DNA of 64,000 bases from the NCBI GenBank assembly GCA_963674965.2, contig CAXXFL010000001.1:1408001-1472000 (forward strand), written 5' to 3'. Made by a program: the position numbers and the translations under genes. This document shows positions 9,493 through 20,233 of the stretch, one piece after another; the stretch's first letter is position 1; every line of letters begins with the position of its first letter. The stretch is from a bacterium. Lineage in GTDB: Bacteria; RBG-13-61-14; DATKZS01. Below the pieces are notes generated by a model. It was not told the origin of the DNA. It was given only the letters and a program-made list of their open reading frames with translations, and did no database searches.

Positions 9493-10983
9493 TCAGGGAG
9501 AGCAGGCCTCCGGCCCTTTTTTTCTGTCGGGCGACTCTTTTTTGACTTTTTGCTTTTCTTTGGAAAGTTCCTTTTTATTGGCCTCATAGGCGACTTGAAG
9601 ACTGGTCATGAATTCCTTGGCCCATATCCTGGCCGTGTTGCCCTGGATGAACTGCATCATGGAATCGTATCTTTCCTTCCTTTCCGCCAGGGACATGGTA
9701 AGGGCCCTCTCCAGGCCCACGGCCACGCTGTCCAAAAGATAGGGATTGACCAGCACGGCCTCATGCAGATATTCGGCCACGCCCGTAAATTTGGACAGGA
9801 CCAGAACGCCGGGAATCTCGGGTCTTTGGGCGGCCACGTATTCCATGGCCACCAGGTTCATGCCGTCTCGCCGGGGCGTGACCAGACAGATATCCGCGTC
9901 TCTATAGAACCTTGCCAGGTCCTTTTGTCCGTAAGTGCGGAAAAGGTAGCGGATGGGCGTCCAGTCGTGGTCGCCGTATTCCCCGTTGATCCGGCCCACC
10001 AGCGAATCGACGCTCTCTTTTTGTCTTTTATAGTCGCCCACTCTCGTGCGGGATGGAGAACAGACCTGTATATAGGATACCTTTTTTTGCCAGTCCGGCG
10101 ACTTCTTCAGGAAATACTCGAAGGACTCGACGCGCTCGGGAATGCTCTTGGTGTAGTCGAGCCTGTCCACGCCCAGGACTATCTTGGCCCCGGAGATCAG
10201 AGTGCGAAGGCCCTTCCTGCGAGTTCCCCTGCCGCCGGACTCGAGGGACGGGTCGTATATCTCCGGCTCGATGCCAATGGGGCAGGTGACGATCCTCTGT
10301 CTACGGTTTCCAGCGAAGACCTTATAGCCTTCCCGCACGCCCAGCATGAGGCGCTCGATGGCGTCGAAGTAGTTTTCCACGTACCTTTCCGTGTGAAAGC
10401 CCACCAGGTCGTAATGGAGCCAGGCGTCCATGAAGCCCATGGGATCGCTCATAAGCTCGATCATCTCGAGGGGAGGGAAAGGGATATGGAGGAAAAAGCC
10501 GAGAGGACCTTTAAACCCGGCCCTTCTAAGGTATCCGCCAAGGGGCGCCATGTGGTAGTCGTGGACCCACACCGTGTCCTCGGGATCGAGGAAATCCATC
10601 AGCACGCGGGAAAACTTCTCGTTCACCTTGAAATAAGCGTTCTGCTCCTCGTCGCTGACCCGGACGCGGCTTTGAAAGCAATGGAACATGGGCCACAGGG
10701 TGGAGTTGCAAAAGCCGTTGTAATAGGCGTTTACCTCGCGGTCCGTCAGGTCCATCGACACCAGGCTGACGACCTCGAGGTCCGTTTTCTTGACCTCCGG
10801 TTTCCTCGAGCCCTTTACTCCCTTGCCGCTCCAGCCCAGCCATATGCCCCGACGCGTGGATTCCATCACCGGAAGAAGAGCGCTTACCAGCCCGCCGGCC
10901 GAGGGCTTTTTGCCTTTCTTCCAGTCTTCCTCCGTCTTAAGAGAAGGAAGACGATTGGACACCACAACCAGTTTGCCTTTCAT
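9493..10983 (-). CDS. otsA: Trehalose-6-phosphate synthase (GT20)
   Basis: VVSNRLP, GGLVSAL, YYNGFCN..LWP.FH, WVHDYH, FFLHIPFP, GVDRLDYTK, DGMNLVA. Confidence 0.95.
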   Translation of the reverse strand: MKGKLVVVSNRLPSLKTEEDWKKGKKPSAGGLVSALLPVMESTRRGIWLGWSGKGVKGSRKPEVKKTDLEVVSLVSMDLTDREVNAYYNGFCNSTLWPMFHCFQSRVRVSDEEQNAYFKVNEKFSRVLMDFLDPEDTVWVHDYHMAPLGGYLRRAGFKGPLGFFLHIPFPPLEMIELMSDPMGFMDAWLHYDLVGFHTERYVENYFDAIERLMLGVREGYKVFAGNRRQRIVTCPIGIEPEIYDPSLESGGRGTRRKGLRTLISGAKIVLGVDRLDYTKSIPERVESFEYFLKKSPDWQKKVSYIQVCSPSRTRVGDYKRQKESVDSLVGRINGEYGDHDWTPIRYLFRTYGQKDLARFYRDADICLVTPRRDGMNLVAMEYVAAQRPEIPGVLVLSKFTGVAEYLHEAVLVNPYLLDSVAVGLERALTMSLAERKERYDSMMQFIQGNTARIWAKEFMTSLQVAYEANKKELSKEKQKVKKESPDRKKGPEACSP

Positions 10984-10998
10984 TAGAATTTCCTCCTC

Positions 10999-11802
10999 TT
11001 ATTCAGAGCCGGCGCGGACATGTTTGTTCCACTCCTTGAGCAGCTCCTGGACCGCGCCGCAGTCCCTTACGCCATACTCGGCGGCCGCGCGCGGGTCCTC
11101 ACCGACCTTTATCCCGATCCCCTTAACTGGAAGCGCCAAAAAGGCGTCTTCATCCGTTTGGTCGTCGCCAACGTAAACCATAACGCCCGCCTCCGGCCAC
11201 AGGCCCAATAACTCGGCTATAGCCGTGCCCTTGTGTTTTCCAAGGGCACGAAGCTCGAGCCCGCCGTCGAACCTTTGCGCCTCGAGGCCGTCGGCGACCA
11301 GCCCCTGCCAGATGTTTTCCACCGAGTCGATCCAATTATCACCGGCCTCTTTCTCCAGTCCCCTTTCGTGGACCGCCACGCTGGCCGACTTGCGCTCGAT
11401 CCTCTTCTCCGATTCTTCCGGCCCGAGCAGACCAGCGCCGATTCTTTTCGCCTCGGCGGCGGCCTGGTCCAGGACTTCCTCGATCCTGCCGCCGGGTCCT
11501 CCTCTTCTCGTCTCCAGGCCAGGACCTTTTATCTCCCACCCGTGAGACCCGATCATGACCACGCGCTTGGAAAAGCCTCCCAAAAGATAGTACAGCTCAT
11601 TGATCGGCCTGCCCGAGACTATGGCCACGCGGGTCGATCCCTCGGCCATGATGGACAGAATAATCTCCCTGGTCCCGGGCAGGGGCCGGGCCGCCATCCG
11701 GTCGGCCTGGAAGGGCGCCAGGGTCCCGTCGTAATCCAGGGCCAGCACGCGGAGGGGGGCCTCCTCGATCCTTTTCCAGAAATTGCGGTCAATTTTCTTC
11801 AT
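10999..11802 (-). CDS. otsB: Trehalose-6-phosphate phosphatase (HAD)
   Basis: LDYDGTL, SGR, GSHG, KG, YVGDDQTDEDAF; start placed at MKKIDR because the longer ORF overlaps treT. Confidence 0.9.
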   Translation of the reverse strand: MKKIDRNFWKRIEEAPLRVLALDYDGTLAPFQADRMAARPLPGTREIILSIMAEGSTRVAIVSGRPINELYYLLGGFSKRVVMIGSHGWEIKGPGLETRRGGPGGRIEEVLDQAAAEAKRIGAGLLGPEESEKRIERKSASVAVHERGLEKEAGDNWIDSVENIWQGLVADGLEAQRFDGGLELRALGKHKGTAIAELLGLWPEAGVMVYVGDDQTDEDAFLALPVKGIGIKVGEDPRAAAEYGVRDCGAVQELLKEWNKHVRAGSE

Positions 11803-11828
11803 GAGCGTGGACCCGGCCTCCGGCCCGG

Positions 11829-13070
11829 TCAGCCAAGGTATATCCTCTCGCCGTCGCCATGTATCAAGGAAACCATTAAAGTCAGGTACTCGCGCAGATG
11901 CCGAGTCAAAAGAAAGTTCTCCAGCACGAACCGCCTGGCCTTGACTCCCATCCTCACCATCTGGTCGGGATGGTTGAGAAGATACCTTATTCGAAGGGCC
12001 GCGCCCTCGACGGAATGCACCAGGAACCCCGTGTGATAGTTGGCCACCTGAAGCGTGATGCCTCCCGCGTGCCCGCCTATTACGGGCTTGCCCTTCCACA
12101 TGGCCTCGGTAACGGTCAGGCCGAAGCCCTCCTTGGTGGACTTCTGAAGAACAACGGTGGCAGCCCTTTGCAGGGCGTTGATGGCCCGGTTGGCGTCGGG
12201 CGGAAGAAGAAGAACGTGCACGTCACGGTCGCCCTTGGCCGCGTCCTCCACCTCAGCCAGCACCTCGGCCCCCTCCGGGTCGTCCGTGGCCGTGCCACCG
12301 GCCAGGACCAGTTGCACCGGAACGTGATGGGACACCAGCTTGTAGGCCTCGATCACTCCAACCGGGTCCTTGAAGCGGTCGAAGCGGGAAACCTGGACCA
12401 GAAGCGGGCGGTCCGGATCGACGTCGAACTCGTCGAAGATCATGTTGATCTCCTCGGAGGGAAGATCGATGTTCTTGTCCGTCAGCGGGTCGATGCTGGG
12501 CGGAATCAAGTACTGGGGGTGGGGAAGCTGCTGGGCGAAGGCCGCCAGGCTGAAGATGCTGGCGTCGTACTTCTTAACCACGTCCCTTAAGTATTTCCAT
12601 ACGGGCCGGTAGGGCTTGCTGGCGTCGATATGGCAACGCCATACCCACTTGCCCTTTCGGTCGGCGACCTCGTTGATCAGCCACGCCGGCTGCGGGTCAT
12701 GGATGATGACCACGTCGGCGTCGGCCAAAGAGTCACCTAAGTTCCGGGCGTTCCTGTGGTTGGTGTCTTCATAGGAATCGAGCATTCGCCTCGAGAGGTT
12801 GACCTTGAATCCCTGAAGGGCGTTGTGAAAGGACTTGGTGACCTGATAGAAGTCCTGGGCGCCCTCGATCACCTCCCAGCTCGTCTCGATGCCAAGCTCG
12901 TTCATGAGGGGGACCAGCCGGTCCAATATCTCGGCCACGCCGCCGCCCACCCGGGTCGAGTTGACGTGGACAACCCGCTTGCCCTCGAGCCGGGCCGCCA
13001 GCTGGCGCAGATGCTCGATAACGTCGGCGCCTACTATTTCCGCGTATTCCTCCAGTTTGGGAGCGCCCAT
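11829..13070 (-). CDS. treT: Trehalose glycosyltransferring synthase (GT4)
   Basis: HVNST..GGGVAEIL, IHDPQP, WRCHID, QVSRFDRFKDP, EGFGLTVTEAMWK; start at MGAPKL, coupled to upstream stop. Confidence 0.9.
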   Translation of the reverse strand: MGAPKLEEYAEIVGADVIEHLRQLAARLEGKRVVHVNSTRVGGGVAEILDRLVPLMNELGIETSWEVIEGAQDFYQVTKSFHNALQGFKVNLSRRMLDSYEDTNHRNARNLGDSLADADVVIIHDPQPAWLINEVADRKGKWVWRCHIDASKPYRPVWKYLRDVVKKYDASIFSLAAFAQQLPHPQYLIPPSIDPLTDKNIDLPSEEINMIFDEFDVDPDRPLLVQVSRFDRFKDPVGVIEAYKLVSHHVPVQLVLAGGTATDDPEGAEVLAEVEDAAKGDRDVHVLLLPPDANRAINALQRAATVVLQKSTKEGFGLTVTEAMWKGKPVIGGHAGGITLQVANYHTGFLVHSVEGAALRIRYLLNHPDQMVRMGVKARRFVLENFLLTRHLREYLTLMVSLIHGDGERIYLG

Positions 13071-13744
13071 TATGCCTCTCCTCCATTCACGTGCTCGCCG
13101 AAAATCCTGGATAAATGGTCCCGAAGCTCGTACAAGGTCCACACGTAATAGTCCACCTCGCTCAGGCGGTCCCGCAGGAATTTCGTCTTTCCTCCCCACT
13201 GCGAAAGCCAGGAGCTGAAGTCGTCCTCCCCCACCGGGTCTCGGCGGCGGGCGTCAATAAAATGGTAATAGATCGAGCCCGTGCTCAGGTCGTTTATCGA
13301 GCCCAACAGGCTCGCCGGGTCCTCGAAGCGGCGGCCGGTGTCGAAGACGACAACGTTCGAGCGCAGGAAATGGAACTCCCGGTCGGGCTTGGCCCAGGGC
13401 ACGTAGTCGCGCTCGTAAAGGTGGTCCTCGATGACGTCCAGCAGACGCTGGCGCAGGTCGTCCAGGTCGCAGCACATGAGCGGATCGATCATGCCCAGCT
13501 TCTCGGCCAGCTTGGTGTCGTGAAGGCCGCGCTTGGACCAGAGGGCGAAGTCGTTTCGAAACTCGGGGTCGTCGAAGCTCGGCCGCATGATGTTCTCGAA
13601 GAAGTGGTAGTAAAGGCTCGACTCCTCGATCTCGGCCACCCTGTCGCGAAGCTCGCGAAGGTTCATGGCCCGCTTCCCCGTGGCCAGCGTAATAAGGGCG
13701 CAGTCCATCAGCTTGAAGGGTATTACGCTTATTTCGTTTTCCAA
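13070..13744 (-). CDS. DUF5752 family protein (usual TreT partner)
   Basis: Two repeats of S(L/I)YYHF...(N/D)DF..W; probable TTG start after AGGAG. Confidence 0.8.
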   Translation of the reverse strand: MENEISVIPFKLMDCALITLATGKRAMNLRELRDRVAEIEESSLYYHFFENIMRPSFDDPEFRNDFALWSKRGLHDTKLAEKLGMIDPLMCCDLDDLRQRLLDVIEDHLYERDYVPWAKPDREFHFLRSNVVVFDTGRRFEDPASLLGSINDLSTGSIYYHFIDARRRDPVGEDDFSSWLSQWGGKTKFLRDRLSEVDYYVWTLYELRDHLSRIFGEHVNGGEA

Positions 13745-14097
13745 TGTTCTCTCCTTGGCTGAGGGTTGAAACGGAAGCTCTAAAGTACAAGATAACAAGC
13801 GAGAATGGTTCAGTCAAAGGGATGGAGGAGGATGGAGGAGGAGGAGCCGCCGCAGTTCCTTCCTTGACCGGCCCAGTCAACCTGGGCTAAAACCTTGAAA
13901 AGGACCGGGACCGGCGCGGAAGGGCCATGCAAGTATAATTGGAACGTCCCCTAGAGGACGGAAATAAAATCCCGATAAAGATTGGCTATAACTCAAAACT
14001 CAAAAATCCATCATTCAACAAGACGAGTTGAACGATGCCGACTTCGTAAGACGTTCGGCAAACCCAGGGCTTCCAGCCGGCGCCGATGGGCCCGCGT

Positions 14098-15522
14098 CTA
14101 ATCCCCGCTTTCAATGGCCTCTATTGTAACGTTCCCACCGCTTGCGTCCGGCTGGACCGCCATGACCCTGGACCCCTCGTTATAGGACCAGGCGGCTCCG
14201 GTTACCGTAACCTCACCTTTGCCCAGGTCAGGGGGAAGATAGATCAAGGTGGGACTTTGAATGGCATGATCCGGCTCGTAGCTGTAAGAAAAGGAACCCT
14301 CTTCCCTCGAGTATTTGAGTTGGAGTGGGATACCGGCGGTCCGTCTCGGGTAGGGCCGGCAAAGGGGCATGGCGTTTTTCCTCACTTCTCCGGAGGGTGT
14401 GAATATGGAGGTATCTTCATGGTTCCACGTCTCCCCGGAGATGGACGCCTCCCAGAATGTTCCCGAGATGAACTCGTCGTCGAAGATCGAGTATAGCTCG
14501 TCAATGTAAATGGGGGCCTCCATAAAGCCGGGCGAGACGCCGTACTCGGTGAAAATAACGGGAACGTTCCAGTGGCGGGCCAGCTTGAGATGACGTCCGA
14601 TCCCGGCCCTCATGACGGGCATGTCCCCTCCTTTCGAGAGGGACCGGCCGAAAGTGCCCAGATCATAATAATGAGGAGCCAGGACCAGGTTGTTTATTTT
14701 CGGTCTCGGCCTTCCCGCGTTTATCGTGCCCGTGTTCTCGATGGCGCAGATATCGGCGAAAACGAGATATCCCGCGTCAACGCCCTGGACGGCGGCGGCC
14801 ACCCGCTCGTAGTACTCGTAAAGGTCGCGGTGGAAACCTCGATAATCGAGGTATCCTTTCCAGCCGGGCATGGGCTCGTTGAAAGGCTCGAACCCGATGA
14901 CGGCGGGCTCGTCGCGATACCGTTCGGCCAGGTATCTATAGAACTCGACGTGGCCGTCCCGGATGTTATCCTTATTCGACCAGAAGCGCTGCAGGGAAAC
15001 GAGCACGGGCCGGGTGAAATAGCCCACGTTCCAGACCTTGCGGTCGTGGGTTTGCTCGCGGCCCCGATACTTCTCGGGCAAGGTCCAGTCCGGGAAACCG
15101 TCGCCGTGAAAGCGGCGACTGTAAAGGTCCTGGTGGCCGTCGATCACCACGAGGATTCCCCGCCCGGCGAAAGCCCGGACCATGAGGTCGTACCTGTCCA
15201 GGTAGGCCTGGTCGTACTCGCCGCGAACGGGCTCGGCCGCCTCGTAAATGATCAGGAGGCGGACAACGTTAAAGCCCATGTCCGCTACGGCGTCGGCGTA
15301 AACCTCGAGGGCGGCCTCGAAGTCGTCGCCCGGGTCGAAGGGGAAAAAAGGCGGGAATTTGCTCCGCCCTCCCGCGTTCACGCCGCGAAGCATCACGACC
15401 CTTCCCGCTTCATCGACCATAATATCGGACTTAACTTTAATCGTCCTCGCCTTTCCTCCAGTCGGCGCGAGCGCGGCAAGAAGGAAAATCGAGGCGAGAT
15501 ATAATACCAGTTTGGTTTTCAT
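14098..15522 (-). CDS. Secreted GH5 glycoside hydrolase, endoglycoceramidase-like
   Basis: Signal peptide; LRGVN, GFNVVRL, DGHQDL, FNEP acid/base, APHYY, FTEYG nucleophile, RPYPRRTAG C-terminal domain. Confidence 0.88.
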   Translation of the reverse strand: MKTKLVLYLASIFLLAALAPTGGKARTIKVKSDIMVDEAGRVVMLRGVNAGGRSKFPPFFPFDPGDDFEAALEVYADAVADMGFNVVRLLIIYEAAEPVRGEYDQAYLDRYDLMVRAFAGRGILVVIDGHQDLYSRRFHGDGFPDWTLPEKYRGREQTHDRKVWNVGYFTRPVLVSLQRFWSNKDNIRDGHVEFYRYLAERYRDEPAVIGFEPFNEPMPGWKGYLDYRGFHRDLYEYYERVAAAVQGVDAGYLVFADICAIENTGTINAGRPRPKINNLVLAPHYYDLGTFGRSLSKGGDMPVMRAGIGRHLKLARHWNVPVIFTEYGVSPGFMEAPIYIDELYSIFDDEFISGTFWEASISGETWNHEDTSIFTPSGEVRKNAMPLCRPYPRRTAGIPLQLKYSREEGSFSYSYEPDHAIQSPTLIYLPPDLGKGEVTVTGAAWSYNEGSRVMAVQPDASGGNVTIEAIESGD

Positions 15523-15606
15523 CGTCTTTATCCCTTGTTCGATCCTTAATTTCGCGAGCGTGAATAATCTCTAAAAGATTGCCGGTCCCCGGCCGACGAT
15601 GATATC

Positions 15607-16803
15607 ATGATCGGCGAGAAAGGAGGAAACAAAACGCGTCGTCGGGAATTTATAGCAAGCATGGCGGCGGCCGGCATAGCCGCCGTCCCGGCGCCGTCGC
15701 CCGCGGGAAGATATCGGATAGCAGACCCGGGACCGGACGTATCCTTTCAAGTCGAGCGCCTCCTTGACGCCCCGATTATTCAGCCGGGCATGGACGCGCG
15801 CCTGGAGGAGGAAGAGCGAGAGCACGGCTACGCCAACGTCAACGGTCCTTCCCTGATAGCGGCGCCTCCCTGGATCGAGAAGCCCCTTGGCAAGTATTAC
15901 CTTTACTTCGCTCATCACAAGGGCGAGTACATCCGCCTGGCTTACTCGGACGACTTGAGGGGCCCGTGGAAGACTTACGTTCCGGGCGCCCTTGATTTGC
16001 GGGATTCTCATTTCGCCACCCGGGCGTCCCCCGCCTCGGGCGTTTTATCCGCCCTTGGAAGCACGTGGCGGAATTATCCTCCCTCCGCGGCCTGGGCCAT
16101 GACTCGAGTGGGGATCGCGGCCCTGACGGCCGTCTCGAAACGCGGCCGGGAAGGGAGCAAGGGGGCCTCCGAGAACAAGCCTCACATCGCCAGCCCCGAC
16201 GTCATAGTTGACCATGGCCGGCGCGAGGTTCGCATGTATTACCACGGCATGATGGAGGACGGCAACCAGATGACCCGCGTGGCCCTCTCGAGCGAAGGCT
16301 TGTCCTTCGAGGCGCGGCCCGAGCTTCTTACCAGTCCCTATTTGAGAGTGTTTCCCTACCGTGGCATATATTACGGGATGTCCATGCCCGGACTCCTGGT
16401 CCGGTCGAGAGACGGGCTGAAGGATTTCGAGACCAGGCCCGGCTTGACCTTCGGGGTTAACATGAGGCACTGCGCCTTGCTTCGCCGCGGCGAGAGGCTG
16501 CTCGTGTTCTTCTCCCGGGTTGGAGACGCGCCCGAGCGCGTTCTGTGCTCGGTAATGGACATAAGCCACGAGGACTGGCGGCGCTGGAAGCCTTCCGCTC
16601 CCGTTGAGGTCTTGCGCGCCGAGCGCCCGTGGGAGGGCGCCTCGCTTCCCGTTTCTCCTTCCATAAGGGGTGAGGTCACGCGGCCGGAAAACCAGCTTCG
16701 GGACCCGGCCGTGTTCGAGGAGGACGGCAAGCCGTATCTTTTATATTCCGTCGCCGGGGAAAGCGGCATTGGGATAGCGAGCCTGACCATAAAGGGAATT
16801 TGA
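15607..16803 (+). CDS. Tat-exported beta-propeller glycosidase-like protein
   Basis: Twin-arginine TRRREFI; NGPSLI, YYLYFAHH, HIASPDV, LRDPAVF propeller-blade motifs. Confidence 0.7.
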   Translation: MIGEKGGNKTRRREFIASMAAAGIAAVPAPSPAGRYRIADPGPDVSFQVERLLDAPIIQPGMDARLEEEEREHGYANVNGPSLIAAPPWIEKPLGKYYLYFAHHKGEYIRLAYSDDLRGPWKTYVPGALDLRDSHFATRASPASGVLSALGSTWRNYPPSAAWAMTRVGIAALTAVSKRGREGSKGASENKPHIASPDVIVDHGRREVRMYYHGMMEDGNQMTRVALSSEGLSFEARPELLTSPYLRVFPYRGIYYGMSMPGLLVRSRDGLKDFETRPGLTFGVNMRHCALLRRGERLLVFFSRVGDAPERVLCSVMDISHEDWRRWKPSAPVEVLRAERPWEGASLPVSPSIRGEVTRPENQLRDPAVFEEDGKPYLLYSVAGESGIGIASLTIKGI

Positions 16804-16833
16804 TCTTGCCCGGCCTCGAGAAGTATTCGAGGC

Positions 16834-19653
16834 TTAGTTTTTACCCTTCGTCTTCCCGTTTATATCTATAGGCTTGACCAGGTTTTTCCAGAACTTCTTT
16901 CTTTTATCTTTTTTGGATTCCTCGGTTTTGGCCGGCTTCGGTTCCGGGGCGGCCGGTGGTTCCTTGGCTTTGGGCGGGGCCGAGTCCGTTTTACTGGCCG
17001 GCTCGGTCTCCGTTTTATTGGCGGCTTCTTTGGCGCCGCGTTTTTTCCTCGAGGTCTTCTTGGGCTTATTCTTTTCCTTCGGATCGGCCGTCAGCCACGG
17101 GTCGACAATCTCGACGTACTCGACGATGATTTCGTCGTCTCCGGCCTGGGCCGGTTCTTGATCGTTGTCGCTTTCGTCTCCATCGCCGGCCTTGGCCACG
17201 GCCTCGAGCACGGCCTTGTCCTCATCGTCGGTCTGGTCTTCGCCGTCTTTGTCCTTTTCCTCGTCGGCCTTGTCTTTATCCTCGTCCTTGACGTCTTCTT
17301 CCTCGGGCTTGGCGAAACCCCTGTATCGATAAGGCCGAGTGCCCTTGAGGAAACATTCCGTCACGCGGTATTGCACGACCGTCTCGCTGACTTTTTCCTT
17401 GCCGTCGTCTCCCTCGCTGGTAACCGTCCTCGAGGCCGCGCCCACCACCACGTTGGCCATATAAACGTCGTCGGGGGCCTCGAACCAGGTCTCGGGCTTG
17501 TCCTTTAAAGCCTCCTCCATGAAGTCAACCCAGATGGGAAGGGCCGCCCGGCCGCCGGTGGCCCCGCCCGAGATGGGCGAGAAGTCGTCCCTCCCGACCC
17601 AGACTCCCGTGACCAGCTCGGGAGTATAGCCTACGTACCAGGCGTCGCGGTAATCGCTGGTGGTGCCGGTCTTGCCCGCGCTTTTTCGCCCGATGCCTTG
17701 GGCGCGCCTGCCCGTCCCGTCGGACACGACGTAGGAAAGGGCGTGCGTCATCTGAAAGGCCTCGCCGGTGGAGATAACCCGCCGGGCCATGCCGCCGGGC
17801 CTTCCGTACACGACTTTTCCGTTTCGGTCCACGATGTGGGTTATTAAGAGGGGTTCCTGATAAATCCCGCCGGAGGCGAAGACCGAATAGGCGTTGGTCA
17901 GCTCGAGGAGGCTGACGCCGTAGCATCCCAGCGAGATGGACAGGACCTCGGGGAAATCCTCGTTCAGCCCGAACAGATGGGCCCGGTCGATAACTCTCTC
18001 GATGCCTATCTTGTAGGCCAGCCGGGCGGTGACCACGTTCCTCGAGTGCGTCAGGGCGTCGTGCAGGCTGGTGGCCCCGTAATGCCTCCTCGAATAGTTC
18101 TTGGGCCGCCAGTTGATCCCGTCCTTTTTGGCGAAGGCCGCGCCCGTGTCGAAGATGACGCTGGTGGGGTTCCATTTTCTCGTCGAGTAGGCGGCCGAGT
18201 AGACGAGGGGCTTCATGGCCGAGCCGGGCGGCCGCCTGCTTTGCGTGGCCCGGTTGAACTGGCTGCGGAAAAAGTCGTGGCCCCCAACCAGCGCCTTTAC
18301 CTGCCTGGTGGTGGGATCGACGCAGACGAGGGCGCCCTCCAGCTCGGGCGAGTGAACGGGCTCGAGCTCGAGGTAGTCGCCATTGGATATGACCCTGGCC
18401 TTAACCGCGGAGCCGATCGGTATTTCGCTCGACGACCTCCTCCTTCTAGACTTGCGCCAGGGCGTGTTCCTGACCTTCATTATGGCGTCACGCTCTCCGA
18501 CCTTCAGAAGAATTTTTCGTCTCGAGTAATCCGTTACAAGCGCGGTCACCTCGTCACCGGGCTCGAGGACTTTCTCGCCTATTTCGGATTCCATCCTGGC
18601 CAGGAAGACTTCCCGCTGGTCCTCGCCGATCTCCTCGAGGGCAACCTTCCAGCCCTGAAGGCCCCGGTCGTATCTCTCGATCCCTCTTTTCACGGAAAGC
18701 TCGGCCATCCTCTGGAGGTCCCGGTCGAGGCTGGTGTAAACGGTATAGCCGCCGCGCTTCATTTCATCCTCGCCGAGTATGTCGATCAGCCGCCGACGCA
18801 CCTCCTCGACGTAGTAAGGAGCGACGATCTCATTGCCAAAGGAAGAATGATTTATTACGATCTTTTCCTTCAGCGCCTCCTTGGCCTCGTCGGTGGTGAC
18901 GAAGCCGTGCTCCATCATCTGGCCCAAGACCCAACGCTGGCGGCTCTTGGCCCCCTCGAGGTTGTGGCGCGGAGAGAGACGAGAGGGACCCTGCACCAGG
19001 CCCGCCAGCATGGCCCCTTGCGCGAGAGATAAATCGCGAGCGGGTACGCCAAAGTAGGTATGGGCCGCCTCCTCGACGCCGTAGGCGCCCGAGCCAAGAT
19101 AGATGACGTTAAGATACTTGCATAGCACGGCGTCCTTGCTCATCTTGGACTCGAGATCGAGGGCGAGAAGGGCCTCGCGAATCTTGCGCTCGAAAGTCCG
19201 GTCCTGGCTGAGCATGACGTAGCGGACAAGCTGCTGGGTGATGGTCGAGCCGCCCTGCCTGATGCGGCCCTCCATGGCGTTGGCGTAGGCCGCGCGGGCG
19301 ATCCCCGGGAAGTCCAGACCCCCGTGTTTATAATACTCGGCGTCCTCCGCGGCGAGAAAGGCGTCAATCACGTGTTGGGGGATATCCTTCAAGTTGACGA
19401 TGCGGCGTCTTTCAGCGTAATACTCCGCTACAACTTCTCCATCCGCGTCGAGAATCTTCGTGGCGATGGCGGGATCGTATTTCTGAACCGCCGAAACGTC
19501 GGGCAGCTCGTCCATGATTTTCAACAGGGAGTTGCCGCCGGCCTCGACGGCCAGAATGGAAAGAAGCGCCGTAATGGAGAAAAATTGCCAGATTCTGGCC
19601 CTGCGTTTTCCCGTTTTCCGGGTGGGGCCATCGTTTACAACGACCGTCGTCAT
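16834..19653 (-). CDS. Class A penicillin-binding protein (PBP1A family)
   Basis: Transglycosylase AAEDAEYYKHGG, QGGSTITQQL, RKIRE; transpeptidase SAMK, SRN, KTGT; long charged C-terminal tail. Confidence 0.93.
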   Translation of the reverse strand: MTTVVVNDGPTRKTGKRRARIWQFFSITALLSILAVEAGGNSLLKIMDELPDVSAVQKYDPAIATKILDADGEVVAEYYAERRRIVNLKDIPQHVIDAFLAAEDAEYYKHGGLDFPGIARAAYANAMEGRIRQGGSTITQQLVRYVMLSQDRTFERKIREALLALDLESKMSKDAVLCKYLNVIYLGSGAYGVEEAAHTYFGVPARDLSLAQGAMLAGLVQGPSRLSPRHNLEGAKSRQRWVLGQMMEHGFVTTDEAKEALKEKIVINHSSFGNEIVAPYYVEEVRRRLIDILGEDEMKRGGYTVYTSLDRDLQRMAELSVKRGIERYDRGLQGWKVALEEIGEDQREVFLARMESEIGEKVLEPGDEVTALVTDYSRRKILLKVGERDAIMKVRNTPWRKSRRRRSSSEIPIGSAVKARVISNGDYLELEPVHSPELEGALVCVDPTTRQVKALVGGHDFFRSQFNRATQSRRPPGSAMKPLVYSAAYSTRKWNPTSVIFDTGAAFAKKDGINWRPKNYSRRHYGATSLHDALTHSRNVVTARLAYKIGIERVIDRAHLFGLNEDFPEVLSISLGCYGVSLLELTNAYSVFASGGIYQEPLLITHIVDRNGKVVYGRPGGMARRVISTGEAFQMTHALSYVVSDGTGRRAQGIGRKSAGKTGTTSDYRDAWYVGYTPELVTGVWVGRDDFSPISGGATGGRAALPIWVDFMEEALKDKPETWFEAPDDVYMANVVVGAASRTVTSEGDDGKEKVSETVVQYRVTECFLKGTRPYRYRGFAKPEEEDVKDEDKDKADEEKDKDGEDQTDDEDKAVLEAVAKAGDGDESDNDQEPAQAGDDEIIVEYVEIVDPWLTADPKEKNKPKKTSRKKRGAKEAANKTETEPASKTDSAPPKAKEPPAAPEPKPAKTEESKKDKRKKFWKNLVKPIDINGKTKGKN

Positions 19654-20233
19654 TTCATTTCCCTTGCCAAAAGTACCGTAAGTACTTAATAATAAACGCT
19701 CTCGCCTTATCGCGCGGGCGCTAGCCTTGCAAGATTCATCCGGAACTCGACGCGACCAACGAAGTATTCCGGACTATCGCGCCGATCGGCGAAAATATAG
19801 CCGCTCGGCGCCACCCTGTCAAGAAGCCAAATATTACACGTTTGAATACGGAGCGTTAGGAGTATTCTCCCGAGCGCCGCTCAACGTGTCCCTTTTTGCC
19901 GCCATGGCGGACCAAAAGGATTAAACCATTACTCTGAGTATTTTAGGAATGTGATAACGATCAAGAGCCGGCCGCGTGGGCAAATATGAGAGCCAGGAGC
20001 AAGCTGATAAGGGCAATGAGATTCGGCTTAATACTCAGTTACCCGTAATTTAATAAATTTTTTTCGGATTATCAAGAGCGAATCGTAAAATTAACTTCTT
20101 TTTGAAATTTTATTGGATTATCTTTACCAACTGCTTTACAATAGATGGAGCGGATTATTCAACTTTGCACATATCCGTATAATTCGCTCCGCTGGAAGCA
20201 GTACATCCAATTTAGCCAAGGAGTTTCAGGGCA

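Noticed and set aside
11803-12099. N-terminal extension of otsB (similar extensions for treT, DUF362 and the NuoF-like gene)
   Set aside because: Overlaps upstream genes; downstream starts fit the families better.
13805-14070. GGA-rich run and hairpins upstream of the trehalose operon as ncRNA or MITE
   Set aside because: No second copy, clear TIRs or known motif visible.
19830-19895. Imperfect hairpin in the PBP/CoA-transferase intergenic region as a riboswitch
   Set aside because: No recognisable riboswitch consensus; pairing is weak.
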